Source: Lama glama (Eukaryota). Taken from it: a DNA stretch of 64,000 bases. Positions 1 through 11,790 of the stretch are shown piece after piece. A program made the position numbers and the translations under genes. Location: NCBI GenBank assembly GCA_028534125.1, contig CM052824.1, forward strand, positions 59,830,001-59,894,000, given 5' to 3'. Positions within the stretch are counted from its first letter, which is position 1. Every line of letters begins with the position of its first letter. The notes under the pieces were generated by a model. It was not told where the DNA came from, searched no databases, and worked only from the letters and a program-made list of their open reading frames with translations.

Positions 1-119
1 GGGAGGGCGGGCTCGGGACAGCTGCCCGTGCCACGTGCTCTGGACTCTCCCCGGGGCCTCAGATGCTCGCTCGGCACCAGCCCCTCCCGCCTGCCCCACG
101 CCCACCCCACTGTGCTTAC

Positions 120-221
120 CATCCTCGTGCTCCAGGACCAGGACCACATCTGCCTGCTGCAGCGTGATCTCGTCTACCTGCTTGGCCAAGTAGGCCTTGG
201 TGATCTCCACCTGGAGCAGGT
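120..221 (-). CDS. ARHGEF16: ARHGEF16 exon 14 (SH3 N-terminal half)
   Basis: (D)[33 protein letters not shown](G); acceptor ctgcag, donor G|gtaagc; 102 nt. Confidence 0.95.
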
Positions 222-758
222 CTGCAGGGGGTGGAGGCGTCAGTGACAGGACTGTTGCAGGGTCGGGGTGGGCCGGGCGCTCTGCAGCCTGAGTCGGGCA
301 GGGCCCAGCTCCAACCCACCCTCTGTGGCCTGGCCCCGGTGGGGCCCTCAGGTGTCCCAGCACATGGACACGTGGCAGCTTCCCTTCAGCTAAAGCAAGG
401 ACCGCTCCAGAAGCTGCGATTCCGGGGCCAAAGCGTCCAGCACCGGCAGAGAGCGCTCCCGGCTACTAAGGGCCGAGCAGGGCCGGAGCTGGGCTGACAG
501 ATCCGCAGGCCAGTCCACTCCAGCTCTTCGGCCTGAGTTTCTGCAGCCACTGGGCGGCGCTCCCTCCCCAGTGCAGGGAGGATGAGACCCTGAGCATTGC
601 TGCTGGGTCTGTGCGCACAGATGGCACACACGTGGGGCTGGAGCCCCACCCCCACCCTGGCAGGCCACCCTGGGGGCAGGCCCTGGGGCAGACAGAAGGC
701 TGCACGGCACCTCTCCTCTCCAGGCCGACCCTCAGCCCAGGGCAGGGCAGCCACTCAC

Positions 759-832
759 CTCCTTTGTTGGTGGGGCCCCGCTCCTGCCTCTCCTTGTGCG
801 TGAGGGCCGTGACCCACCGTGCCCGGTCACTC
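759..832 (-). CDS. ARHGEF16: ARHGEF16 exon 13 (PH C-terminal helix)
   Basis: SDRARWVTALTHKERQERGPTNKG; acceptor ccccag, donor G|gtgagt; 74 nt. Confidence 0.95.
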
Positions 833-1735
833 CTGGGGGCAGACAGAGCCTGAGCGAGGCCTGGGGCTGACTCCACCAGCTGGTGATCTCAGACCCCGCC
901 CCCACAGCATGGCATGGTGGGAAGATAGGGGGTCCCTGAGCAACCCCCACAACCTTTGAGGTGGGATAAGCAGTTGGATGCAGGCTCAGGCTGCCTTGGG
1001 TGCCCTGTGGTGAGTGGGCCCTGAGCCAGGAGGTGTGCATGGGTGGCCCCCTGCCTCCCAGACCCACTGCACTGGGGGTCACTGCACAGGTAGTCACGGA
1101 CATGTGAAGAAGTGGCAGGCAGGCCTCCTCCAAGGCAGGCTGATCCTAAGTCATACCTGCCCAGGGCCACAGAGTCGGGCGGCGGCTGTCCCCGCAGAAC
1201 CCAGGCCTCCCTGTTCCGTGGCCCTGGGCCCAGAGCGCCCTGCACTTGTCAGCTTGCTGTTGAACATGCTCAGCCTCGCCTCCTTACCGGAAAGGAGGGA
1301 GCGTGGAAGCTGAGCCAGCACCTTTCTGTATGCTGGTCCCCACTCTCTGACCTCACCACCCCCGTATCCCGACCCTGTGCTCCAGCCTGCTGTCCTCCTG
1401 GGCAGGGGCCTCCTGCCCCAGGGCCTTTGCACTGCCGTGCCTCTGCCAGAACCTCCCCCTCCTCTGCGACCCTGGGCTGCCTTGCTGGGGAGGCTTCCGG
1501 CCCAGCCCCAACTGGGCGCTCCCTTCCCTGCCTTGCTTTGCTCCTTAGTCTGCATCCCTTGGTCACACCAGATGGTTCAGCTGCGCATCTTGTGGCTGGC
1601 ATGTCCCGCCCCCCCCGCCCCCAAGGTGTGAACTGTGTGAGGACTAGGCTGTCCCTGGCACAGTGCAGCGCCCGGGAACACTGACCACGTCCCCACGGAG
1701 CTGTGAAGGCTGCCCCTCCCAGAGCCCAGCCTTAC

Positions 1736-1924
1736 GCGGAGTCGGAGGACAGCAGGAGCCTCTCCTGGCGGCCCTCACTGTTGTGCAGCAGAGTCAGCTG
1801 GAAGGGGTGCGGCACGGAGGAGCAGCGGTTGCCGCCCCCTGGCAGAGAGAGCTCCGAGGGCTCCATCTTCTGGACCTGGATGTGGTCCACCTGGGCGTAG
1901 TCCTGGACCACGAAGCTGTCTTCA
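1736..1924 (-). CDS. ARHGEF16: ARHGEF16 exon 12 (PH domain)
   Basis: [19 protein letters not shown]...LLLSSDSA; acceptor ctgcag, donor GC|gtaagg; 189 nt. Confidence 0.95.
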
Positions 1925-2108
1925 CTGCAGGCAGACAGACGGTTGGCCATGCTGCAGGGGTCTGCGGGCAGCCCAGGCTCCCCGCGCCTCTGGCTCCCCT
2001 GCAGCAGCTGGAAGGGTGCTCCCGAGGGCCGGCTCCCAGACACCTCCCCGGCCCCAAGGCCGCCGCTGCCACCTGCTCCCTGTGGCAGGCCGTGCAGCCA
2101 GAACCCAC

Positions 2109-2260
2109 CTCTTCTTCTTGGTGACCACCAGGACGTCATTGAACAGGAACAGGTAGCATGTTGGCCGGCTGGCGAGCTTTCGGAAAAGCCCGGTTTCTTC
2201 CACCATGAAGAGCTCTCCGCGCTTCAGCAGCCAGCGGGAGGCAGAGATGAGCGGGAGGGA
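2109..2260 (-). CDS. ARHGEF16: ARHGEF16 exon 11 (PH domain)
   Basis: [18 protein letters not shown]...[15 protein letters not shown]; acceptor ccccag, donor AG|gtgggt; 152 nt. Confidence 0.96.
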
Positions 2261-4070
2261 CTGGGGGCAGAGCCGGAGAGATGGGTGAGTCCCGACGGGG
2301 GGCAGGGGACAAGGACACACAGCCAGCGGTGGGGACTGGGTGACCCAGCCTCCCCAGGGCTGGACTGAGGAAGAGAGTCTGACTGGGCCTCCAACAAAGG
2401 GCTATTCATTCGGCCAACAGGTGCTCACGGGGCAGCTACTGGGCCAGATCTGGGCCCAGATCCTGCGCAGCAACCTGCCTCTGGCCAGGCCCACGGGCTT
2501 CCTCGGCCCCAGCTGAGCGCTCCTCTGAGCCAGGGGGTGACGGCCGCTCTGGGGGAACCTCCTTTCCCAAGACCAAGCAGGGGCTCAGCCGCGTCTGTAC
2601 AGACTATGAGGAGCCCTTGTTCTGCAGAACCACATCCGGTGTCCAGGGGCCCTTCCTGCAGACGGAGCTCCCTCCTGCTCTGCGGCCCAGAGAACAGGCC
2701 AACAAGTGAGAGGCGCAGGTGGACAGGACACCCCTGGCCCCCGCCACCTGGGTCCTATAGCCTCACGGCCGGGCTCAGACCCAGCCTCCCGCCAACAGGG
2801 CAGCTCCTCGGGCGTCTGCCTGGAGCAGGAGGGGGAAGGCAGAGCAGGCTTGGAGGGGAGGACCGAGGAGGCCCACCCACCGTCTCTGTTCCCCAGACAC
2901 ATTCCGCCTGCTGGGACTCTGAGCTGTCCGGCCCCCATGCCCTCCAGTTCTGAGACGTCAGTGGGCGGGAGCCCCGCTTAGGGGTCAGCCAGGCCCGAGG
3001 TTGGGTCTTTGCTCTGGTCAGGGGTGTATTTCACCCCAAAGGTGAGATCTGCTGCCCGGCCGATGGGGTCAAGACCCGGCCGAGGGTTTGGGCTCAGCGA
3101 AGCCACAGCTGTCGTCACTCGAACACCTCCTCGGTGAAGCCCACCCCGACCCACCCCAAGGAGCCGGCTGCCCTTGTCTGAACCTCTGTGCCCTCCCTCC
3201 ACACCTCCTGACCCCCGCCCTGCCCGTGGCTCTGGCTCTCACTGGGCTCCAGCCTGCTGGGCAGCCTCTGGGGGCTGGAGGCCAGCAGCTCAGCCTGGTC
3301 GGTGATAGGCTGAGGCCCGGCCCACGGAGCTGCTCCGACCCCAGTGTCCTCTGAGTCTCCTGCCCACTCCAAGCCCCCAGGGCCCTGCTGCAGACAGGCC
3401 AGAGGGGCGGAGTGGGGGCGGGGCAGAGGCTGACTCCAGAGAGCGGCTCCCACCAGGGTGCTCCCCGCTGGGCCGCCCCTAGGAGGCGCTCCCTGCAGAG
3501 GCCCGGTGGCCCGGGGCACGGTGGCGTGGAGGGCACAGCTGTCCTGGGTGACCATGGGGGCGGGCCCTGGACCATCCAGGATGGGCCAGTCTGTGGGACA
3601 TGGGGGATTCAGGGGGCGGAGGTCTGAGCCCTGACTACTTTGCGGGGGCTGGAGGCTGCCTAGGCCCCACCCCAGAACCAACGGGCTGTCCTGGCCTCAC
3701 AAGGAAGCCTGAGCCGGCCCTGAGGTCATCCAGTCCCTGTCCGGGCACAGTGAGGAGGAGCCCTGGCTCAGGCGAGCCCTCCGACCCGGCCTGCCGCCAG
3801 CTGCCCCGGCCTGGCCGCTCTGCCAGGTCTGCCTCTTCCCTGCCGCTCCGGGGGTGGGGGCCTCAGTGGGGAGGGCGGTGGAGCTGAGCCCCGTGGCCAA
3901 GGGCACACAAGGGACGCTCCCAGGTGGGGAAAGCGGCCTGGAGAGGTCAGGGCAGAGGCTTATTCCTGGGCCTTGCAGGGTGGGCACCCTCAAGAGGCCT
4001 GGGGGCAGTGACCCCTGACCTCAGACAGAGCTGGGGGGAGTGGCCTCTGGGGCCGGTGGGGACTGCCTAC

Positions 4071-4163
4071 CTTGACTTTGCTGAAGTCCAGCTGTGTATG
4101 CAGCGTGTACATCTGCTCCGTGCGCTCCATCTTGTGGGCCCCCTCGTTGCACTGCTTCACCAG
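4071..4163 (-). CDS. ARHGEF16: ARHGEF16 exon 10 (end of DH domain)
   Basis: [31 protein letters not shown]; donor AAG|gtaggc; 93 nt. Confidence 0.96.
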
Positions 4164-4482
4164 CTGCAGGGCGTGTGCACACGAGAGCGGCTGTGCGGCA
4201 GGCAGTGGCCCGGACCCCGGGACTGCCCGGCACCCCACCCGTCCAGCCTGGCCCGGCTGCCCACAAGCGCTGGCCTTCTCGGCTGTCCTAGTCCCTGCAC
4301 CACTGCGGGCTCCCCCACTGTGCGTGCGCTCCACTCTTTCTGGGCGTTTCCCCATCTACACTGTGAGAAGCCTGGGATGGGCGGCCTGGAAATCCTCCCT
4401 GCCCTGCTCTCAGGGTCTCTGCCATCGGTGGGGGTGGGGGCAGAACTTGGGCACTCCTTCCCACACCCTGGACCCTCCTCAC

Positions 4483-4557
4483 CTTGCTGATGGCCTTGAG
4501 TGCACGGCTGGCGGCCCTGTACCTCTCGGGGTGGCCCTGGGTCTTCAGGCAGAGTGT
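4483..4557 (-). CDS. ARHGEF16: ARHGEF16 exon 9 (DH domain)
   Basis: [25 protein letters not shown]; donor AAG|gtgagg; 75 nt. Confidence 0.96.
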
Positions 4558-5444
4558 CTGCAGGGAGACACCAGACGTGAGCAGCCACAAGTGCCTCCTA
4601 CGCATGGGCTCAGGGGCCGGCCCGGGGCAGGGGCTCCCCTACGAGCCCCAGGCCCAGGGGGCACCCAGAGGGCTCCTGCCAGGCCCCACTGGGGCATGCA
4701 GCCCCCAAAGAGCTCTGCCAGGTCAGGCCAGTCGGGCTGGAACCTGGAGCAGGTAGTCCCCCAGACCCCACCTTTCCCGTGCCTGGCTGTCTTGGTCCAG
4801 CCTGGGGAGGCGCCCGGCAGCCTCTGTTTCTTCATTTCACCAGAGGGTCTGATCTCCTGTCAGCCTTGGACGCTGACCCACTGAGCACGGGCCACATGCT
4901 GCCTCTCAGCACTCAGCTGGGCCCCTGCCACGTGCCTGCCTGTGTGCACATACGTGCATGAGCACCTCTCACCCCCACGAGCCTCTCTGCCCCGTGAGCC
5001 AGCATCTCAGAGACACGAGCCACTGGGGAGCCCCCAGGAGCCCCTGTGTGCATGAAATAGGCATGGTGACTGGGGCCTGGGTCCCCCCAGGGCCCACACC
5101 CGGGACAACCGGCCGAAGGGTGCTGGGTAGGAGGCAGCCACACCCTGCACCGATGCTCAGCAGGGCTCTGGGAGACACCAGATCAGACTCATGGACACAA
5201 ATGAAGCATCAAGTAAGTGAACAAAAATCCGCTAAAGTGCAGGAATGGCTCCTGGCGAAGAGAGCTCTGTGGGCAGCGCCACTGCTGCCGGCCACGGGCG
5301 TCATGGCCGTGAACGCCGTCTTGTAACTGTCTTCGTAACTGTCACGTAACAAAGCGCGGGGACAAGGTCGGGGGGGGGACTGATGCCCCTCCCGGAGGTG
5401 GGACCCAGGCACCTCCCGCCCCCGGCTGGGGTCTGGGCACTCAC

Positions 5445-5574
5445 GTCCGTCAGGAGGGGCAGCCGCGTGACCCGCTGCATCGGCAGGATCAGGAAGGAGA
5501 TCATGGGCAGACCCCCGCACGCCGGCCGCTGCTCGATCTCCCTCAGGGCCTCTCGGAAGGCGGCGTTGCTGCTT
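5445..5574 (-). CDS. ARHGEF16: ARHGEF16 exon 8 (DH domain)
   Basis: [43 protein letters not shown], containing the DH CR3 motif; donor GAC|gtgagt; 130 nt. Confidence 0.96.
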
Positions 5575-5731
5575 CTGCAACAGAGGACGGGGCTCTCAGC
5601 TGCGGCAGAAGGCGTGGCCGTCCGTAGACAGCAACAGAAATCAGGCCACGGGCAACATCAAGCTCCGAGAGAGGCTGTGGGTCCTCCCGAGGCCACCCGC
5701 TCCCCAGCCCCGGGCCCGGAGGCCGGCTCAC

Positions 5732-5884
5732 GTCAGCTTCTGCAGGGCGCGCTGCTGGTAGACCTCGTTGGAGCAGTAGGCGACGTAGGGGTGGAAGTGC
5801 TTCTCCGCGTGCTCCTCCAGGATGTCGCTGATGTCCTCCACACACACCTGCACCTTGTGCCGCCGCTCCAGGTCCTCGAAGAAC
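5732..5884 (-). CDS. ARHGEF16: ARHGEF16 exon 7 (DH domain)
   Basis: [50 protein letters not shown]; donor AC|gtgagc; 153 nt. Confidence 0.96.
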
Positions 5885-8380
5885 CTGCAGGGGGTAGGGG
5901 TGAGCACCACGGGCCTGGGGTTCCGTCCCCTGCTGCACACGCACGCACATGCACGTGCACGCACACGCACGCGCACGAGGCAGGAGCCCAGTGAGGCTCC
6001 CAGGAGCAGCGTACAGCAGGCACCGGGTGGATGGGATGCCCAGGCTGGACGGGACCCTGGCCCAGGGCCCTCCCAGGAAAACCCCAGGACAGATCATCTC
6101 CTTAAACCTGAAGTAACTGGGCACACACCCACGGCCCAATCCAAGGCCACTTCTTGCTAGATTCTGGACAGATTCCAGCAGGCATCACGGGATGTAGACA
6201 CGTAGGACAAAGAACTTGTCACTTTGACTTCACGCCTGGGGACTTGGGGCAGGACTGCCCGGCGCAGGGCCAGGACAGGGGCTCCAGGCAGATTCCTTGC
6301 CAGTGACTGCCGGCCCCCGATCCCTGCTGGGGTCCGTAACCTGGGCATCGGCTGCAGAGATGAGGACGCAGCTTGGCCGGTGCTGGCCCCGGGCTGCCCT
6401 GGGTTCTGCTCCCACCAGCAGCCACTGCTGCCACAGCCGGGCCTGGCTGGACCCAGGTCGGTCATTGGGTGTGTCACCTGCCGGCTGGAACCTCCAGTGT
6501 GTCCTGCACAGCTGGAAGGAGCCAGACCCTGAGGCCTCATCGCCTCTCCAGGCACTGATACGGCCGCCAGGGTCCTCCACCCCAAGAGCTCTGTCCCCCT
6601 GAGAAGCCCTTTCCCCTGAGGCTCCTCCTTGAGCCACTAGCATCTCTGCCCACACCCGACTCTCAGAAGCCTGCCAAGCTGGGCTCCTGAGCCTGCCCCA
6701 AGCAGCCTGTCTGGGAGATAAGACAGCTGGTTGACCTCCCAGGGGCAGAGAGCAGAGTCCCTGAGCAAAACCCGCCCCACACGGGGAACCCCAGGCGGCC
6801 CACACCCCTCCCTGGGGAGTGACCAGGCGGAGACAGCCAGTCCACCATGGTCCTTACCATCCACCCCACCTGGGAGGAGGGGAGGGAGCCAGCAGTGTGG
6901 CAGCGAGGTGGGGGGGAGCAGGGAGAGGGTGGGGAGGGGGTCCCGGGTCGTTAGTCCTGAGGACATCGTGGGGCCCAGCATCAGCCCACCCAGGACGTGT
7001 GTCAGAGGTCTCACTGGGAAGAGGATGGGCAACCTCATCAATCGTGCCCCCACCCCCCAACCCTGTTGGCTCTGATTATCCTTGGCAAGGCTGGTGAGGG
7101 TCTCAGGGAGGGGGAGCAAGGCCTTGGCTTGGAGGTGGGCAGGGGTCCCTCAGGCCCCCACTCGCTGGGCCCCGGCCTGACCCCCACTCACAGGGGGACT
7201 ACACTTCCTGTAAGTGGGGACACTCTGCGAACCATCGCTCTTGGGCAGTCCTGGCAGGCAGGGCCAGGGGTGGCTTGTCAGGAGCGATGAGGACCCCCAG
7301 GATCCCGCCCGAGAGGGAGGCCCAGCTGCCTGGACGCAGGGCCACACACACGTGCGTGCACAGGCAGGCCAGGCTGGTCAGTGCCTCCCAGGGCGACCTG
7401 GAGGCCTTTCCTGGGCCGGCCGGCCCTCAGCCGCTGACCCGAGATAGCTGACTCCTGAGGAGGCCAGAGCGCCCCCAGGGACAGTGACGGCCAGCCTGGG
7501 GCCCAACGGAGGTTGGAAGCAAACACGAGGGAGCAGCTTCCAAGTGCTCAGCCCTGCTGCACTTGGGGACACGGAGCGCAGGATCAGGGCTGGGGGAGGG
7601 GCAGCCCTGTCCCAAGCCCCCTGCCAGGCCGGGAGCTGCGGGCTCCCCATGCTGGTCCAGGGAGCTCTGCAGGGAGCCCCGTCGCCAGGGACCAGACAGC
7701 CCTGATACTCCATGGGGGCCCTTGGGCAGCAGACTCAGGTGGGCTCTGTGAGGGCGGGTCTGGCACTGATCTGAATGAGTCCCCGAATCACCTCGCCCCA
7801 GTCTACGGGGCTGGGGCGGGGGATGTGGGGCCCACCCCTCAAGTTAGGGAGGGTGCTGAGGGCCAGGGAGATGCCAGAGGTGTTCTGGGGTCACCCAGGG
7901 TGCAAGGCAGTGCGGGGCTGAACCCACACAGGCGCTACCTGGATGGTGCCCTCTACGGGGTAAAGGCACACACACACCCCTGACACTGCGCACGCGTGCA
8001 CACACACGTACATGCACGCTCAAGCCCAGGCAGGCCTGCAGCTGCACACCCGGCCCCTCCTCCAGCTCCTGGTCCTGCAACCAGAGCCCGGGCAGGCACC
8101 AGACACCTCCGGGCGGAACATGACCTGGGCTGCAACTCCAGGCTGCCTCCCGCCCGCTTGACCCGCAGCCCCGCACGCCTTGTCATTCCACCCTCTGCAC
8201 CTGCGTGTCCCCAGGGCCGGCTCTTGGTGGCTGCATGGCCCACGGAGGTCTCGTGCCCCTTCCCCATCCCAGGGCTGCCCCAGATCTTCCATCCACACTC
8301 TCAGGCCAGGGTCTCCCAGAGCCCCGGCCTTCCCACCCTCCTGGGAGCCTGCCGCCACCGTCGAGGGGCCCGGGCCTCAC

Positions 8381-8541
8381 TTCCGGCTGGCGCCCAGGAC
8401 GTCCGTGATGTTGGAAAAGAGGTGGTGGTGCTCCGTCTGGGTCATGGTGGCCCGCAGCTCTCTGGACTGCAGGAACTCGGCCACCAGGATACCAAGGCTG
8501 TGCTGGTACGAGAACTCGGACGTGAGGATCTCGAAGATGGC
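8381..8541 (-). CDS. ARHGEF16: ARHGEF16 exon 6 (DH domain start)
   Basis: [53 protein letters not shown]; donor AA|gtgagg; 161 nt. Confidence 0.96.
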
Positions 8542-8884
8542 CTGGGGCGAGAGCAGAGCGGATGGGGGCAGCCCTGTGCCCGGGGGGCCTGGCCCGGGAG
8601 AGGGTTAGGAGAGCTGCCCCGCCACACAGGGGGCCCGGCCCAGGGTGCGATGGTGACGAGTGCTCAGGCCATGCGGATGTGCCCAGGGTGCAGGGGGCAG
8701 GCCGGGACTCGGGACCCCTGGACAGGATGCGGGCTGGGACTGTCAGCACAGCTGTGGGGACGTGAACCATCGCTGGGCACCAGGCCTGGGAAGCAGCCAG
8801 TGGGTGAGTGGGCGACGTCACCATGACTGCTGTGCCTCCTACCCCCCGATGTCAGAAGCAGGGCCACACCCCGCCCCACCTCAC

Positions 8885-8941
8885 CTCCTGCCTCTTGCGT
8901 TCCTCGGCTGGTAGCTTGTCCAGGATGCCTGACTCCACCAC
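8885..8941 (-). CDS. ARHGEF16: ARHGEF16 exon 5
   Basis: VVESGILDKLPAEERKRQE; acceptor cctcag, donor GAG|gtgagg; 57 nt. Confidence 0.95.
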
Positions 8942-10214
8942 CTGAGGACGGCACAGGCCCGGAGTCACGGGCTGCACGTCCCGGAAGCTCACCTTCCTGC
9001 TGGACCAGAGCCAGTGTGGACGGTAGAGACACCAAGAGAAGGCGGGAGCCAGGCTGGCCTGGCAGAGCTGTCCCTCGTGGACACCTGGGCTGCCCTTGCA
9101 AAGCTCAGCACAGTGGGACTGTGACTGCTGAGCTGGCCTGTCCCTGCTCTGTCCCCTCGCCGACATCTTTCCTCTCCATGGAAACCTCCCCTGGGCGGGA
9201 CCACCCCCTCGGAAGGGCCCTGGGGCAGCTGAGGAAGGGAATGGGCATCCAGAGGGCAAGGCCAGCAGTCACTCCACGGTGGGGAGGGGGCTCTGCCCCA
9301 CAGAGCTGCCGGCAGGGGGAGGGGGGTGTGGTGACGGTGGAAAGGTACAGAGGCACCTGGGAAAGCTGGGGGCAGGGCCGCGACTCAGACACACCTGGGC
9401 CAGGTGAGTCAGCGCACTGCTTGGGAGGGGAGTGACACTGCCCCAGCTCTCTGGCCCTCAGGGCCCCCGGCCCCAGGCTGGAGTGCAGCTAACTCAACCA
9501 CAGCATGCCTGCCAAGTTCCCTGCCCGGAGGCACCCCCTTTGCAGGACCAGGGCCACCCAGTTCTGCTCCCGACCCCACCGGACGGGGCAGAGGCTGCCA
9601 GCAGCGCCTGGGCCAGGAGGGTGAATCCCAGGCCTTGACCTCCAGCCCAGAGGCTTGGCTGGGACACCTGGAGCTCAGGCGGTCAGGAGCAGCATCCCTG
9701 GGAGCGTTCTGAGGATGCGGGGTCCTGGACCCCACCCCCACCCAGCGCCGGGCACGCACCTGGCGCCTGGCAGGTGGGCGCGGATGTGTATTTCCAGACC
9801 TTTCACCTGCTGCCCTTACCCCCACCCCATTTTGGGCCCTCCCTGGCTGATGGCCCCCCGGCATGCACTGCAGCTATCTCTCCACTCCCAGGGGACGAGG
9901 TCAGGAGTCTGTCTGTCCCATGGCCAGCTGTGCCCTCTGGAGTAGTGACAGCTGCCTCCCTGGGTACCTGCTTAGAACACCGGGGCCTCTGTCCCTGACA
10001 TGCTTTCCATGAGGCCCTGTGGGCCAAGTACCAGCCCTCTTTTCAGACATCAGGGAAGGTGAGGGGGCGGCTTGGCGGTGGCGCGTGACTCCAGCCTGGC
10101 TTCTCCCCTCCCCTCCTGCCTCCTTACTCGGACCCTCCTGGCACTTTCTGGGGGCAGGGCCCTGGGAGGGTGTCCCCTGTGCCCACAGTTCCCTCCAGGT
10201 CAGCCCGTCACACT

Positions 10215-10237
10215 CACACACACACACACACACACAC
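10215..10237. repeat. (CA)n microsatellite
   Basis: About 11 CA units. Confidence 0.95.
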
Positions 10238-10430
10238 GGATGGCACGTGTCCCTAAGTGCTCTCCCCCGCCACGGACCACCCCCAAGGTGCCCCGCAGGG
10301 CAGGTAAGGCAGCAGCAGGGAGATCCCCGCAACCTGGGTGCAGATGGGGTGCTTCTAGGAGGCTCCCCCGTCACTGTGAGGACCACCCACGGGCTTGGGA
10401 GAAGGGCTGCCCCCCACATCCCAGCCCCAC

Positions 10431-10600
10431 CTCAGGGAGTTGGCTCCAGGTGATCTGGGGGGGCCGGTAGCTCTTGACCACGATAGGGGCATCCACCTTT
10501 CGGGGTCCCTCAGGGCCGGAGGACTCATCCAGCAAGTCATCGTCGGACTCGTGGCTGGTGTTCAGGCCTCGCTCCCGGATCTCCTGGTAGAACCGGGGGT
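10431..10600 (-). CDS. ARHGEF16: ARHGEF16 exon 4 (inhibitory-helix region)
   Basis: (D)[25 protein letters not shown]...ITWSQLPE; donor GAG|gtgggg; 170 nt. Confidence 0.95.
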
Positions 10601-11441
10601 CTGGGGAGAGGGGGCGGGTCACATGCAGGCCTGGGGGCTCTGGGCCATCCTGCCCCCCTGGGAGCCCGCAGGTCGAGTCCTCCCAAGGAGCCCCTGAGAG
10701 CACCAGGCTGCGCAGGGTCCCCCAGAGCAGGCCCCCCTCGGGCGGGCGCCCTCCCATGGCTGTGCTGGTGGAGCCCAGGGCAGGGGTGGCATCCGGGTGC
10801 AGAATGTGGCACCTTCAGACCCGAGCTGAGCCGACAAATCAGAGAGCCGCAGGGGCCGCCTGACGTGGCCCTGGGGAATGGGGCTGGGCGGGGGCTCCCT
10901 GAGGGCTCGGGCGACTGGTCCCAGAGCCCTCCTACCGGGGGGAGGTGAGGTTTCCGGCTCTCGGGCTCTGTCTGCAGCCGCACACACCGCAGCAGCGCTG
11001 GGCAGGTGCGTGGATCGCGGCGGCTCTGAGCCCTCAAAGCAACCCCTCCAGTCTCCTGCCACCGCGGCCCCAGTGGGGCGTTGCGGCCGCCCTCCTGGGG
11101 CAGGAGGCCCCGATCCTGTTGCCTCCCCACGTCCAGGCCTGCGGCTGTCCACAGAGGTTGGGGCCGGCAGGGAGGGGGCCCTTCTTGCCTGCCGCCCCTC
11201 ACACCCGCTGGGTGGTCCATCCTGGCTGTGTGGGCACCTGCCTCTCCAACTCCCATGGCCCCCCATCCCGGCGTCCCAGTCCTCAGCAGGCCGAATGCAC
11301 TGCGCTGGGCCCTGTCACGGTCCAGCCGTGACCCACGCCCCCGGGCCTCCTACACTGGGTCCCTGTGACTGCATGACTGCACCCCAGGCCTAGGGCCCTC
11401 TGTCTGGTCTTGGTCCCGCCAGCAGGGCCTGGCGCGTGTGT

Positions 11442-11442
<1 letters not shown>

Positions 11443-11471
<29 letters not shown>
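11443..11471. repeat. (CA)n microsatellite
   Basis: About 14 CA units. Confidence 0.95.
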
Positions 11472-11473
<2 letters not shown>

Positions 11474-11744
11474 CGTGCTCAACAGACATCTCCTGAGTGT
11501 GGGGGTTCTGTCTGCCCCTGGCCCTGGGACAGCACAGAATCTGAGCGAACTTTCTAGATCCAGCAGAGCAGCAGAGCCTGAAGGGCCACGGGTCCTCCAG
11601 TCCCTGGAGGGATCCCATCCCGCACACCCTCCGTGCCACTGCACCCAGACCTTCCGCCTGCCCCAGGACGTCACAGGGAGACCTGCCTTACCCGGCCCCA
11701 GCCTGGCCCAGAGCCGCCGAGGTCGCCCCCTTGGCCGTACTCAC

Positions 11745-11790
11745 CATCTTTGAAGGAGCCCTTGTGTGCGCGTTTCCGCCCCAGTGTCTT
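11745..11790 (-). CDS. ARHGEF16: ARHGEF16 exon 3
   Basis: KTLGRKRAHKGSFKD; acceptor acacag, donor G|gtgagt; 46 nt; phase fits exons 2 and 4. Confidence 0.93.

Noticed and set aside
1732-1736. In-frame stops right after the donors of ARHGEF16 exon 12 and PRDM16 exons 9 and 14, read as truncated isoforms or pseudogenisation
   Set aside because: The stops are intronic (GTAA is part of the donor consensus); the spliced frames are intact
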